Part shown: piece by piece, positions 12,001 through 21,641 of the stretch | How positions within the stretch are numbered: position 1 is the stretch's first letter | Layout: every line of letters begins with the position of its first letter | IMG/VR virus record: IMGVR_UViG_3300025892_000008 | Origin: a virus | Lineage: Duplodnaviria > Caudoviricetes | DNA length: 64,000 bases | Strand: one strand, 5' to 3' | The notes under the pieces: generated by a model | The model's database searches: none | What the model was told of the DNA's origin: nothing | The model's input: only the letters and a program-made list of their open reading frames with translations | Program-made: the position numbers and the translations under genes

Positions 12001-15000
12001 TAAAAATAAAGTAACTGTCACTTTTACAAAAAGACATAATTTAAATGCAGATGACTTTATTGGATTTAAAACGTTTGGCGATATTGACGGCTTTCATAAA
12101 ATTACTGAAGTAACTAATTTTACTATAAGTTTTGAAACCGAAAAACCACCAGCAGATGTAAACTTTGAACCTAGCACATTAACATATCCTATCTTGTTAA
12201 CAAATGCTAGATTTGCAAGTTATGATACTTTAGATTTAGAACAAACAGCATTATTAGATAGAAAATCTAAATTGTATATAGATAATAACGGAAGTAATAA
12301 GTGGGAAGTTGTTGAAAAGAGAAAACAATTTAGTGCTAAAAAGATTACTGCATATGGAAGTACAGATCCTAAGCATACTGGTAAGAAAGTATTATACTTA
12401 GAATCATTAAATCAAACTATAGCATCAATGCCAGGTTCAGGTATTACTGTTGTTTATGTTGAAACTTCAGATGGTTTAGCAGTTAAACAATTATTGCAAC
12501 TAACAACAGGATTTACTACAGCAGTCACAAATACATATGGAGAAGAACTTGCAACAACACCAGACAACAAATGGTTAATTGTTGGTTCACCTAATGCATC
12601 AGGAGTACCATCAAATTATCAAGGTATGTTTAGCACATATAAAAATTATTCTGCTAATGATATTGTATTGTATGAAGGACAATTGTGGAAAGCAAAAAAT
12701 ACTATTATAGGCGATGGCAGCAGTATTAATGTTTATACAGAAGACTGGGAACAAACATTCAACATCAATGCTTTAGAAAGTGGATCTAATGAAGGTTATA
12801 GTAACCAAGGTATGATTTCGCTGTATAGTTATAGTGCTCAACAATGGAATTATGTAGAAAGTTTTGTAAGTCCAAGAGCAGACGGTGATAAACTTTTTGG
12901 TAGTAAAATTACTGTAGCACAAACAGCCACAGGGTATACAATGGCGGTAAGTGCTCCTGGATTGGATGATACAAAGGGTAGAGTTTATCTTTACAATTAT
13001 ACAACAGCAGGCGGCTGGGAACTAATTCAGAACAAAGATTACAGAGGCATATATCAGCCAGGTGGAACACTTACAGCAACAGAAATACTTGCAGGCCGTA
13101 CATACACAATTGAAACATTAGGAACTACAGACTTTATGTCACTAGGAGCATTAACTAATACTCCAGGATTAGAGTTTGTATCAACAGGTAGAGGTGATGG
13201 CACAGGAACTGTTTCTGTAGAAAGTTACTATCCTAAAGGATCGATTGTATTCTACAATGGTAACTTATGGAAAGCACTTGCAGACAATCAAGGCGATGGT
13301 AGCACTATATCTATTGAAAGCAATGATTGGATCAAACTAGATTCAGTAAACACAAATGTATCTCTTCCAAGTAGCGTTAGTATAGAAGATGACGGGTCCA
13401 CACTTGCATCAGGAATATTATCTGCGGATCAACTTGCAGAGTTGATTAAGGAAGGTGATAAGTTTGGTAGTTCCCTTGCATTTAATAATGACGGTACGAC
13501 TTTAATAATAGGTGCAGTAGAAGCAGACGGACAATACTTTCAAAACTATAAAGGTAACTGGCAACCTAATTATGAATACATGGAAAATGATGTTGTAAAA
13601 TATCAAGGCGGTTATCACAAATTAGAAAACCTTGGCGCCACAGCAGTGGGTCCAGACAGCACTATTAGAAGTTACAATCAGGCACCTGATGATGGTTATC
13701 CGTGGGTGAACGTTGGAGATAGTTCTACTGAATCAGTAGGTAAAGTTTTTGTTTATACTAAAAATGATGTAGGCTTTTATAGTTTACAACAAACTATAAC
13801 TGCTGAAAGTCTTGCAGAAATAAGTGATTTACCTGCAGAAGAAATTATTAGCACAGGTGATATGTTTGGTTACGCTGTTGACATGGATATGTCAGGCACA
13901 ACACTTGTTATTACAAGTCCTAAAGCAGATAAAAACTTTCAAAATCAAGGAAGTGCATATATCTTTAAATACGAATCAGATTCTTCAGCATCACGTTATA
14001 GATTAAAACAAAAAATAGAAAGTTACGGAATATATCCAAACGAATATTTTGGGCAATCAGTTTGTATGACGTCTAATGCTGCTCAAATAGTAATTGGCGC
14101 AAATAATACCGGTTACAATTTGCCTATAAGATTTGATACAAGTTCAACGACATTTGATGAATTAAACACATCATTTACAACATACGGTGGATACAGTGGT
14201 GCTGTTTATGTGTTTAAATTAAAAGGTACAAGATATTTACTAACAGAAAAATTAGAAGATGATTTAAGCACTAACGAGTCATTTGGTTATAGTGTATCTT
14301 GTTCTAATAATATTATTGCTGTAGGTTCACCAAAATATATTGCTCCGGTAGTACATGGACCAACGTTAGATTTTACAGGTCCAGAAGCCGGCATGGTTAG
14401 ATTATTTAGAAAAGACCCTAATGTTAACAGTCTTGAAATTATAGGATCAGAACCAGATAAAATTGATTTAGCAAGAATTAAAAGAATTAGTCTTTACAAA
14501 GATAGTGGCGACACAAAGATACAAGATCTAGAAGTAGTAGATCCTGCTAAATTAAAAGTTCTTGCAGCAGCAGAAAAAGAACTTACATATAAAACATTGT
14601 ATGATCCAGCAACGTACAATATAGGAACCGAAGATGTTGTTGTAGACGATACAATTGCATGGTTTGGTAAAAATGTTGGAAAACTATGGTGGAATGTTAG
14701 CACTGCAAAATGGTTAGATTACGAGCAAGCAGATATCGCATATAGATCTGCAAATTGGGGAGCGCAGGTACAAGGATCTAGTATTGATGTTTACGAATGG
14801 GTTGAATCTAAACTTTTACCATCTGAATGGTCTGTACTTGCAGACACAAATGAAGGATTACAGTTAGGTGTATCAGGACAGCCTTTATATGCTGACGATA
14901 CTGTTTATAGTGTAAAAGAATTTTTAAATGTAAACACAGGATTAGTAACTGAAACAAAATATTACTTCTGGGTGAAAAACAAAGTTACAGTTCCAGAAAA

Positions 15001-18000
15001 TATATTAGGCAGACAGATCAGTGCTGGAGAAGTAGCATCATTGATTAATAATCCGTCAACATTAGGTAATACATATATTGCACTTGCAGATGCAGATAAA
15101 ATCTTCTTCTACAATTACAAAAATATAGTTTCAGATAATATTTCCATATTAAATCTCGAATATTATAATACAAGCAGCAATAATAATGTAGCACATAAAG
15201 AATTTTTATTACTTACTGAAGGCGATGAAAATAGTGTTCCTAATAGTAAACTTGAAAAGAAATGGATTGACAGTTTAGTTGGTTACGATATACAAGGAAA
15301 TAGAGTCCCTGATACCAACTTACCAGCCAAACAAAAATATGGTTTAAGTTTCCGTCCAAGACAAAGTATGTTTGTAAATAGAAAACAAATATTAAAACAA
15401 ACAGTTGAAAGTGTAAATGCAATATTAGTTAAAGAAGCATTTGCAAACACAATAGATTTTACTAATTTAAATCTTGTTGATCCAGAACCTGCAGAAGTTT
15501 TATATCTATATGATGTAAAAGTTGACAGTATTGTAGATCTAGAAAATGTAGGTACTGTTAGAGTAAAACAGGCTAAACTATCTGCTAATATTGTAGACAA
15601 CGAAATAACTTCTATTAACATTGTTGATCCTGGGTTTGGTTACAAGCCACAACAAATATTTACAACTGAAGCATCTGGAGTGTATCCTGGACCAGCAGTT
15701 ACATTACAAGGCGATGGAGTTGGCGCTGAAGTACTAACACACATTGACAATCAAGGTAGAATTGTACAAGCAGTCGTTGTTAACAGCGGAAAAAATTATA
15801 CCTATGTAAATCCTGTTGTAAGACAGTTTAGTGTACTTGTTAGTAGTGATTCTACAGCAGGCAATTATTGGTCAATATATGCATGGGATGATATTAGAAA
15901 AACATTTTATAGAAGTGCATCTCAAGCCTTTGATACAACAAAATATTGGACTTACATTGATTGGTGGAAAACAGGTTACAGTGAAACAACTAGAGTTACT
16001 AAAGAAATATTAGATACATCTGAAGAGCCATCAATTCAAGTAGCCATTGGCGATTTGATAAGAATTAAAGAATATGGATCAGGCAGTTGGGCTGTATTCA
16101 AAAAAGAGACTGACACTAGTGATTTACCTTTAGGTAATTACACATTAGTTGGTAGAAGACAAGGTACAATTAAATTATCAGAAAGTTTATATAATTTACA
16201 AGTCTCTGGTACTGGATATGATAATACAGTAAACTTTGATACAGGATTGTATGATTTAGAACCTACTGTAGAATTAAGAAATATATTCACTGCAATTAAA
16301 GAAAATATATTTATAGGTGATAATAAAGTTGAATGGAACAAAACGTTCTTTAACAGTATAAGATATGTGTTACATGAGCAAGTTTATGTAGATTGGCTAT
16401 TCAAAACTAGTTTCTTAAAAGCAACTCACAATGTTGGAAACTTAAAAGTTGTTCCTAATTACAGTAACGATAACCTTGAAAGTTTCCAGAAATATATTGA
16501 AGAAGTAAAACCTTACAGAACAACTATTAGAGAATACGTAAGTAAATATAATCAACTTGAAGGTAACGGAGTAGCAGCAAATGACTTCGACTTACCAGCA
16601 GTGTATTCTAGTAATGATGGAAAGATTGTTACAGTAAATGAAAATAGTGAACTAGTTACACAAGAGCCGTGGAAAACATGGTTTGACAATAAAGGTTACA
16701 GTATAACAGATATTGTTATTGCTAACGGTGGAAGTGGATATACAAGTCCACCGAATGTTGTAATTGAAGGCAATGGTACAGGAGCATCTGCACAAGCATT
16801 TGTCTCAAGCGGAAAAGTTACAGGTGTTCGCATACTTAATAAAGGTAAAGGTTATACATCAACACCTACAGTTAACTTAGTTGGCGGTAACGGAGCATCA
16901 ATTTACGATGCTGTAGCAGTTGCATATCTAGGTGAAGGTACAACTAGAAGTTTTGAATTAAAAGTAAAATTTGATAGAATTGCAAAAGAAGGATTATTTA
17001 CAACATTTACTGACAGTCAAACATTTACTGCAACAGGAACAACTGCTGTTTTTGATTTAAGATATGCACCTACAATTGATAAAACTAAAATTAGTATTAC
17101 AAAAAATAATCAAACAGTTTTAGGAAGTGATTATACAGTGTCAGTCTTTACCAAGAAAGTAGACGGATATAGTTTTATACATGGTAGAATAATATTAAAT
17201 GATGCACCACAAATAGGTGATGTAATCAAAATTAATTATTCTAAAAATGATGAATTACTTGATAGTGTTAATAGAATAAACAAATACTACAATCCAACTG
17301 ACGGTATGAAAGGTAAAGAATTAAATCAGTTAATGACTGGTATAGATTATGGTGGAGTTCAAATTCAAGGAACAACATTTGATGTCACAGGCGGGTGGGA
17401 CGCATTGCCTTGGTTTAGTGATAGTTGGGATAGTGTTGAAAGTAGTGCAGACTACTATGTTGTTGCTGATGGTAGCACCAATGAAGTAACGCTTCCTTAT
17501 GTGCCCGCAGATGGACAAGAGATAAACATCTATCTAAAACGTGCAGGAGAAGGAACGCTGTCAACTATTGATAATTTGCAGTATAGTGAATCAGTAAAAA
17601 ATCCTCCTGTAATTAGAATTGATGATCCATATTTTGGATCAGGTTCGCCAGCAATACCAGCAGTACCTGGTGTGCCGGCAGATGCAGAATACAACAATGG
17701 TGCATTAATTACTGAGAACAATGGTACAGTGTTTGACAGAGCCTTAACTGTAAACGGATTGAAACTGGTTGTTGCAGGAGCAGTAGGCGGACAACTTGCA
17801 GTACCAGATGAATGGGCAAAGAAAACTGCAAGAACATTTGAATTAATGACTGATCCTAACGGTGCTGGCATTAACACTACACATCAACGCAATTTTCTTA
17901 AAACACTAAAAGGTGACGTAGGAACAAAACACGCAGGAATACCTACAGTGCAAAGAGTTGGCTATGGCGGCGGAAGTACATATACACCTAACTGGTTAGA

Positions 18001-20962
18001 AGATGCCGGCATAGCAAGTTATGCAGGACTACAAGCATTTAATGACAGTGTTGCTCAAAAGGATATGGTATGGTATAAAAATATCAACGGAAACAATCCT
18101 CCAACACAGCGTAGAGATATCGAAGAAATATTCGAACACATATTCCACACTATACACGCATTTGGTATTCCAGGTGCAGTGCCTGGTAGTTCAGACGCAG
18201 TGGAAATGAATCCAGATATTAGAATTGGTAATGAACCAAGTTTTGATTGGCAAAACACAGCATTACATCTTGCTATGAAAGAAGCAATTGACGCAGGATT
18301 ATATGATCCAAGTGGTTATGCTCCTGATTGGAATACAGATCCAGAGAAAGCGGCAGTGGCATACACAGAATACACTTACTTGGTAAACTGGTCAATGTGG
18401 GATATGAGTGTATACTGGGATGGCGGCTCCCTTAGTCCTGAATGGGATGATAGTTTAAAGACACCAGCAGGTATGTTGGCAAATAACCCATTAGGTTATG
18501 CATTGTTCAATACATACTTTGCTCCAGTGTTGAGCAAACCAGATTTTGCCACAATAGAAAGTATCTTTGGCGAAAATGACACAGGCGTGTCAGGATATGT
18601 TGTTGATGCATTAGTAGGCGGATCACCAGCAGTACCAGCAGTTGGGGATAGTTCTCTTATAACTAATCGAAACGCAGCAATGCCAACATTTATAGGTGAC
18701 GGCTCTACAACTACAATTGAAATAGGAGCCTATGTTACAACCAATGACGGAGACATATTAATTTTCCGTCCTATTGATAGCGATGGTGCAGTAACAATTA
18801 CAGATCCTAATATTGTAGATACCAATTTAACTGGCGGATCTCTTTCTGCAATAGACGGCGCATATGCAACAGCAACAGGATTAACAGTTGAAGAAATAAA
18901 AATTACAGGTGGTCAGTATATAGGTCCAGATCAAGTACCTTCTCCAGAAGAGAATATACCAGGTCAGGTACTTGACAATTTAAGTATTAAAGTATTCCAA
19001 ACAACTAACAACGGCGCAGCACCTCTTGAATCAAATATTTTTACAGGTGACGGCAGTACTACAATATATGAAATAGGACAAGATATAATTGAAGATACTT
19101 CGTTGTTGGTTTATGTAGATGGAATTAAGCAAGTATTAAACACGGATTATACTGCTACAAATACAACTGTAGAATTTACTACACCTGTGGCTGACAAAAA
19201 AATTGAAATTATATCTATTGGAATTGGCGGTGTAGGATTATTAGATTACCAAGAGTTTACAGCAGATGGAGCAACAGGATTATATCTTACAGACGCACCA
19301 TATAGTTTAACAAGTAGCATATTTGTTACTGTTGACGGTGTTGCAAAAGACGCTGTGTTTAGTGATAGCACAGACACTGTTGATACTGTTGGCAGAAGCC
19401 TAGTAGAGTTTGGGCAAATTCCTGCAAAAAATAGTATTATTAAAATAGTTGCTTTCCAGGCTAGCGCAAATATTGATAGTGGACAACTAGGATTAGTAAG
19501 AGTAAACAGACAAACAACAACACTTACTTCTGATAAAACAGTTGACCTAGATAATTTTGTACAATTAACTAGAGAAAGTTCAATATCATCTATGGTAGTT
19601 GAAATCAATAATATTAAACTTAAAGGACCAGACACAGTTTATTCAGTTTATGATGGAGTTACAAATTCATTTATTATTGGACAAGATCCTATAGAAGCAT
19701 CTGGTGCAATACTTTCTGCAAATATCAAAGTATACATTAACAGTGAACTTAAAACTTTTATTACAGATTATGTTTATGATGGTACATCAAAACTTTTAAC
19801 AATTAATACTGATTCTTTAAACAAAGGCGACGTAATAAAAATTGAAAATGATTTACGTGCTGAATTTTCTATTAGTGCAAACAGAATTGTAATTGATGAT
19901 TCGGTATCTTACAACCCAGGAGATATACTAGAAGTTACATGGTTTAGCGAATATCCAAGTATGGAAATTTACAGTGATAGAAATACAGGTGGTAAAGTTA
20001 ATTACGAACTTCCGTATGCTCCACTAGGAATTTCTTATGTTTGGGTTTACAAAAACGGAGTCAGACTTGTTAGAGATACAGATTATACTATCTCATTACC
20101 AAGAGGCGTTGTGTATTTAGAAGTTGATTCAGATGAAAATGATACAATTACTATTACAGCCTTTGGTGCAGATATTTACAAACTACCTAGCTCATACGAA
20201 ATAAGCAAAGACATGCTAAATGTTTACAGATACAATAGATATGCAACAGATAGCAAAATTACTTTAACTTCAGATTTAAATTATTATGATGATAAGATAG
20301 AACTTACTGATGGTAGTAATTTATATAATCCTGTAAGAAACAGAAATATTGCAGGTGTTATTGAGATACATGGAGAAAGAATAGAATACCTTAAAAAGAC
20401 TGGCAATACAATTAGTCAATTACGTAGAGGTGTAAATGGCACAGCAATTAAAGAACTGCACGCCGCAGGTTCTAGTGTTGCTGATATTGGACCAAATGAA
20501 GTTATTCCTTATACAGACAGTCAAGAAAGAACTGATTTTGTAAGTGATGGAAGTTCAAGTCTAATAGGACCGTTAGAGTTTGTACCAACTAAGAGTACTG
20601 TAGGTACATGGACTGCTACAACAATTCCTACAGATTACGGTAGATGTGATACAGTAGAAGTGTTTGTTGGCGGAACTAGACTGCGTAAAACACCGTTAAC
20701 TGTATACGATGAATCTCTTGGACCAGTAAGCCCAGGCGCAGATAAAGAATTAGAAGCAGAATTTGCTGCAGACGGTGTTAATCCTTATATAAGGTTAACA
20801 ACAGCACCAGCAGCAGGAACACGTATAACTGTAATAAAAAGGACAGGAAACACATGGTATGACAAAGGTTTAACTACTGCAAGTAACGGAGTTACACTAT
20901 TAGATAATAATACAGCAATTAGTAAGTTCATTGCTGCGAAGACAACCAGTTTACCTGAATAA
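6026..20962 (+). CDS. Giant (4978 aa) baseplate/virion structural protein, gp7-like position, with CBM-like repeats and FG-GAP-like propeller repeats
   Basis: 14.9-kb uninterrupted ORF directly after the gp6-like gene. About six W/F-x3-Y-x2-GD-x-V-x-Y-x-G-x2-W/Y-x-A repeats; FGxSV-x6-8-(I/V)xG(A/S) repeats around 12500-14400. Confidence 0.75.
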   Translation: MVDKVYPNSQLPIRKSSELLPETFRTDANDKFLSGVVDPLVQPGALDKLSGYVGRRFGKTYNGNSVYLDTDDTLRSRYQLEPGVTVENNQVVTKFYDYLDFKNIETFFGNSNERDDKTTFQEHYSWNPPIDWDKFINYREYYWVPAGPPTVAIFGQTQDIQSTYKVNQGIGSSWVFTPDGLTNNPTLTLYRGQTYKFTINSPGEPFALRTNYDTGSLNFDPLITYFPGDLAAFDGKLWRAKEEVSPADGSSIDLDSQDWELVDSNASFNSLIYNSGVTNNSIEVGTLTFTVPLNAPDVLFYQSETDPNRLGRFIIADIESNTAINVEKEILGKTYYKSANGVELSNGMVVEFRGQVESEKYATDTWLVEGIGKEITLIRFADLIPPNISANTPEILFDNEGFDSQPFDDATLYPANKDYVTINRSSNDSNPWSRYNRWFHRSVLEYAFKYRDSDFDGLETARAKRPIIEFHPGIKLYQQGTIAKASVDYIDDYTKDVFSTIEGSTGYSVDGEFLFEGARVLVTADDDNLANNKIYEVKFIVHNGTRQITLQETTDSKPTINECVLASRGTSNSGKQFYFDGTSWKKSQEKTTVNQAPLFDSFNETGVALDNSNTYPVSSFAGSKIFSYKQGTGPVDNELGISISYQNIDNVGDIEFDWSWETEQFTYTINQQAIIDNTNKHYYQVNGKYENGWVRTQSKYLQPIVDSVTIIDATNIVQTDIIDFDNIDDTVEIIFFRNGDELKESYTRDRNQFTFTTVFQPNDIITIKVVGEIIPKNGYYEIPVGLEKNPLNETLKTFTLGQAADHVKTALEFDTRFTGVLPGVSNLRDISDFTVNAKRFLKHSGVAASALLMLADKEINIVKSLQYAKKQYSLFKENFIKKSFEVDDTSSIPDLVDAIFEQLTKTKSSASPFADSDTLGTGAFTKINYTVDDPGLKTFSLNDTFDLDTLSRRAVYVYKNNTQLLHGKDYTFSSEFAFLTILGNLIQGDSIEIREYVSTASCHVPPTPTSIGLYKKYTPMKFIDDTYRVPTEVIQGHDGSITVAYGDFRDDVLLELEYRIYNNIKQSYEPSVFDIDANLGGYYKNSVFTKAEFDAIASQEFLKWVANTNLAYTANTYLKDTETFTYTYSNMTTPDGDENLPGWWRGAYNYFYDTDRPHRCPWEMLGFSEKPSWWDTQYGEAPYTSGNLILWEDIRDGIIRKGERAGTYKRYARTSILRHIPVNEYGELLSPLDSGLATNFTLTNNKGSFKLGDISPTEYAYRSSSEFPFVVTMALCLLRPFEYIVANFDRSKTKRNIADQIISKSTGIFIKPDEIVLPVTGSTDITSGLAFYIGSYLLSSGKPIATAQSLLSNINVRLTSRLNGFVDKTQQKYLLDSKSPAAASSSIFIPEENYNIFFNVSSPIQTVSYSGIIFEKTEGGWIVNGYDDVHPYFRIYKSIPNQADPTLSVGGVSATFVNWTEDQLYNNGAIAQYRSMFYRAKLTHTSTDKFETDNWTKLPELPIVGAATAQRRRNFNQFATEDVSYGTTFNTVQQVVDFLLGYEHYLKVQGFIFENYSTDNQAMQDFTTAAKEFMFWTRNEWAVGSLLAVSPGAEKLKVTVPIGVVDNILDSFYDYNVLTDNGEPMEIKNFDVNREFQTFTFTINETTRGLFYLKLNYVLKEHVAIFNDRTVFNDVIFDKPTGYRQERIKVQGFRTVDWDGDYTSPGFLFDNVNIISWQPFTDYKLGDIINYQGVNYTSKRNHTSDEEFNAINWTVLDSTPEKKLVPNFDFKINQMEDYFDVDTEGLSQSQRELARHTIGYQTRDYLQNLSEDSVTQFRLYQGFIREKGTNNSFTKIFNKLGRTDNEGVNLKEEWAFKVGQLGGTDQTKVVEIKLDTDNFVLNPQPLLVTNTKNVAELDRYYRINQSDFYFAPIPFTTNINPTTVEKQYLRTAGYVKVDQTKYVVQTRDDIVNIDITGVLNNDHIWVTFDDSDWTVLRINFANELPISNITTDKNKVTVTFTKRHNLNADDFIGFKTFGDIDGFHKITEVTNFTISFETEKPPADVNFEPSTLTYPILLTNARFASYDTLDLEQTALLDRKSKLYIDNNGSNKWEVVEKRKQFSAKKITAYGSTDPKHTGKKVLYLESLNQTIASMPGSGITVVYVETSDGLAVKQLLQLTTGFTTAVTNTYGEELATTPDNKWLIVGSPNASGVPSNYQGMFSTYKNYSANDIVLYEGQLWKAKNTIIGDGSSINVYTEDWEQTFNINALESGSNEGYSNQGMISLYSYSAQQWNYVESFVSPRADGDKLFGSKITVAQTATGYTMAVSAPGLDDTKGRVYLYNYTTAGGWELIQNKDYRGIYQPGGTLTATEILAGRTYTIETLGTTDFMSLGALTNTPGLEFVSTGRGDGTGTVSVESYYPKGSIVFYNGNLWKALADNQGDGSTISIESNDWIKLDSVNTNVSLPSSVSIEDDGSTLASGILSADQLAELIKEGDKFGSSLAFNNDGTTLIIGAVEADGQYFQNYKGNWQPNYEYMENDVVKYQGGYHKLENLGATAVGPDSTIRSYNQAPDDGYPWVNVGDSSTESVGKVFVYTKNDVGFYSLQQTITAESLAEISDLPAEEIISTGDMFGYAVDMDMSGTTLVITSPKADKNFQNQGSAYIFKYESDSSASRYRLKQKIESYGIYPNEYFGQSVCMTSNAAQIVIGANNTGYNLPIRFDTSSTTFDELNTSFTTYGGYSGAVYVFKLKGTRYLLTEKLEDDLSTNESFGYSVSCSNNIIAVGSPKYIAPVVHGPTLDFTGPEAGMVRLFRKDPNVNSLEIIGSEPDKIDLARIKRISLYKDSGDTKIQDLEVVDPAKLKVLAAAEKELTYKTLYDPATYNIGTEDVVVDDTIAWFGKNVGKLWWNVSTAKWLDYEQADIAYRSANWGAQVQGSSIDVYEWVESKLLPSEWSVLADTNEGLQLGVSGQPLYADDTVYSVKEFLNVNTGLVTETKYYFWVKNKVTVPENILGRQISAGEVASLINNPSTLGNTYIALADADKIFFYNYKNIVSDNISILNLEYYNTSSNNNVAHKEFLLLTEGDENSVPNSKLEKKWIDSLVGYDIQGNRVPDTNLPAKQKYGLSFRPRQSMFVNRKQILKQTVESVNAILVKEAFANTIDFTNLNLVDPEPAEVLYLYDVKVDSIVDLENVGTVRVKQAKLSANIVDNEITSINIVDPGFGYKPQQIFTTEASGVYPGPAVTLQGDGVGAEVLTHIDNQGRIVQAVVVNSGKNYTYVNPVVRQFSVLVSSDSTAGNYWSIYAWDDIRKTFYRSASQAFDTTKYWTYIDWWKTGYSETTRVTKEILDTSEEPSIQVAIGDLIRIKEYGSGSWAVFKKETDTSDLPLGNYTLVGRRQGTIKLSESLYNLQVSGTGYDNTVNFDTGLYDLEPTVELRNIFTAIKENIFIGDNKVEWNKTFFNSIRYVLHEQVYVDWLFKTSFLKATHNVGNLKVVPNYSNDNLESFQKYIEEVKPYRTTIREYVSKYNQLEGNGVAANDFDLPAVYSSNDGKIVTVNENSELVTQEPWKTWFDNKGYSITDIVIANGGSGYTSPPNVVIEGNGTGASAQAFVSSGKVTGVRILNKGKGYTSTPTVNLVGGNGASIYDAVAVAYLGEGTTRSFELKVKFDRIAKEGLFTTFTDSQTFTATGTTAVFDLRYAPTIDKTKISITKNNQTVLGSDYTVSVFTKKVDGYSFIHGRIILNDAPQIGDVIKINYSKNDELLDSVNRINKYYNPTDGMKGKELNQLMTGIDYGGVQIQGTTFDVTGGWDALPWFSDSWDSVESSADYYVVADGSTNEVTLPYVPADGQEINIYLKRAGEGTLSTIDNLQYSESVKNPPVIRIDDPYFGSGSPAIPAVPGVPADAEYNNGALITENNGTVFDRALTVNGLKLVVAGAVGGQLAVPDEWAKKTARTFELMTDPNGAGINTTHQRNFLKTLKGDVGTKHAGIPTVQRVGYGGGSTYTPNWLEDAGIASYAGLQAFNDSVAQKDMVWYKNINGNNPPTQRRDIEEIFEHIFHTIHAFGIPGAVPGSSDAVEMNPDIRIGNEPSFDWQNTALHLAMKEAIDAGLYDPSGYAPDWNTDPEKAAVAYTEYTYLVNWSMWDMSVYWDGGSLSPEWDDSLKTPAGMLANNPLGYALFNTYFAPVLSKPDFATIESIFGENDTGVSGYVVDALVGGSPAVPAVGDSSLITNRNAAMPTFIGDGSTTTIEIGAYVTTNDGDILIFRPIDSDGAVTITDPNIVDTNLTGGSLSAIDGAYATATGLTVEEIKITGGQYIGPDQVPSPEENIPGQVLDNLSIKVFQTTNNGAAPLESNIFTGDGSTTIYEIGQDIIEDTSLLVYVDGIKQVLNTDYTATNTTVEFTTPVADKKIEIISIGIGGVGLLDYQEFTADGATGLYLTDAPYSLTSSIFVTVDGVAKDAVFSDSTDTVDTVGRSLVEFGQIPAKNSIIKIVAFQASANIDSGQLGLVRVNRQTTTLTSDKTVDLDNFVQLTRESSISSMVVEINNIKLKGPDTVYSVYDGVTNSFIIGQDPIEASGAILSANIKVYINSELKTFITDYVYDGTSKLLTINTDSLNKGDVIKIENDLRAEFSISANRIVIDDSVSYNPGDILEVTWFSEYPSMEIYSDRNTGGKVNYELPYAPLGISYVWVYKNGVRLVRDTDYTISLPRGVVYLEVDSDENDTITITAFGADIYKLPSSYEISKDMLNVYRYNRYATDSKITLTSDLNYYDDKIELTDGSNLYNPVRNRNIAGVIEIHGERIEYLKKTGNTISQLRRGVNGTAIKELHAAGSSVADIGPNEVIPYTDSQERTDFVSDGSSSLIGPLEFVPTKSTVGTWTATTIPTDYGRCDTVEVFVGGTRLRKTPLTVYDESLGPVSPGADKELEAEFAADGVNPYIRLTTAPAAGTRITVIKRTGNTWYDKGLTTASNGVTLLDNNTAISKFIAAKTTSLPE

Positions 20963-20965
20963 ATA
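20960..20965 (+). promoter_or_regulatory. T4-late-like promoter core TAAATA overlapping a stop codon
   Basis: GAATAAATACACTATG: the motif overlaps the TAA of the giant ORF and sits 4 nt before the ATG at 20970. Confidence 0.55.
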
Positions 20966-20969
20966 CACT

Positions 20970-21638
20970 ATGAAACACGAAGAGAAAAATATGCCAGATA
21001 ATCAAAAACAAGTACAAGAAGACAAAAAACCAGCGGTAAATGAAACCGGTGGGTTTCACTTTGAAGGACATATTAAGATATTTGATCCTGAATCAGGAGA
21101 AGTTTTCCAGGATAAAAGGAATGCAATTCACTATGAAAACATGAGTGTTGCAATGGTGCAAGCATTATCTAATCAAGGTTTAGGTACAATCTATGAAATG
21201 GCTTTTGGTAGTGGTGGTACATCAGTTGATCCTACAGGATTAATAACGTATCTTACTCCAAATACAGTTGGTATTAATTCAAGTTTATATAATCAAACAT
21301 ACACAAAAATAGTAGACCAGAATGCAATTGCAAACTCTGATCCAACTAGAAACAAGATGGAAGTACGACACATTAGTGGTGCTACTTACAGTGATATTAT
21401 TATATCATGTTTACTAGATTACGGTGAGCCAGACGATCAAGAAGCATTTGATAATAGTGTAAATTTAGATGGTAACTTTGTTTTCGATGAATTAGGTATT
21501 AAATCATATAATCCTGCAGGTGCCGGAAAACTATTAACACATGTTATTTTCCACCCAGTTCAAAAATCACTGAATAGATTACTTCAAATCGATTACACGG
21601 TTAGAATACAAAGTTTAACAGGATTTAATGAGGGATAA
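20970..21638 (+). CDS. Conserved virion/baseplate structural protein
   Basis: ORF in the structural cluster. The track start at 20931 overlaps the upstream gene, so ATG 20970 or 20991 is more plausible. Confidence 0.6.
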   Translation: MKHEEKNMPDNQKQVQEDKKPAVNETGGFHFEGHIKIFDPESGEVFQDKRNAIHYENMSVAMVQALSNQGLGTIYEMAFGSGGTSVDPTGLITYLTPNTVGINSSLYNQTYTKIVDQNAIANSDPTRNKMEVRHISGATYSDIIISCLLDYGEPDDQEAFDNSVNLDGNFVFDELGIKSYNPAGAGKLLTHVIFHPVQKSLNRLLQIDYTVRIQSLTGFNEG

Positions 21639-21641
21639 TAA

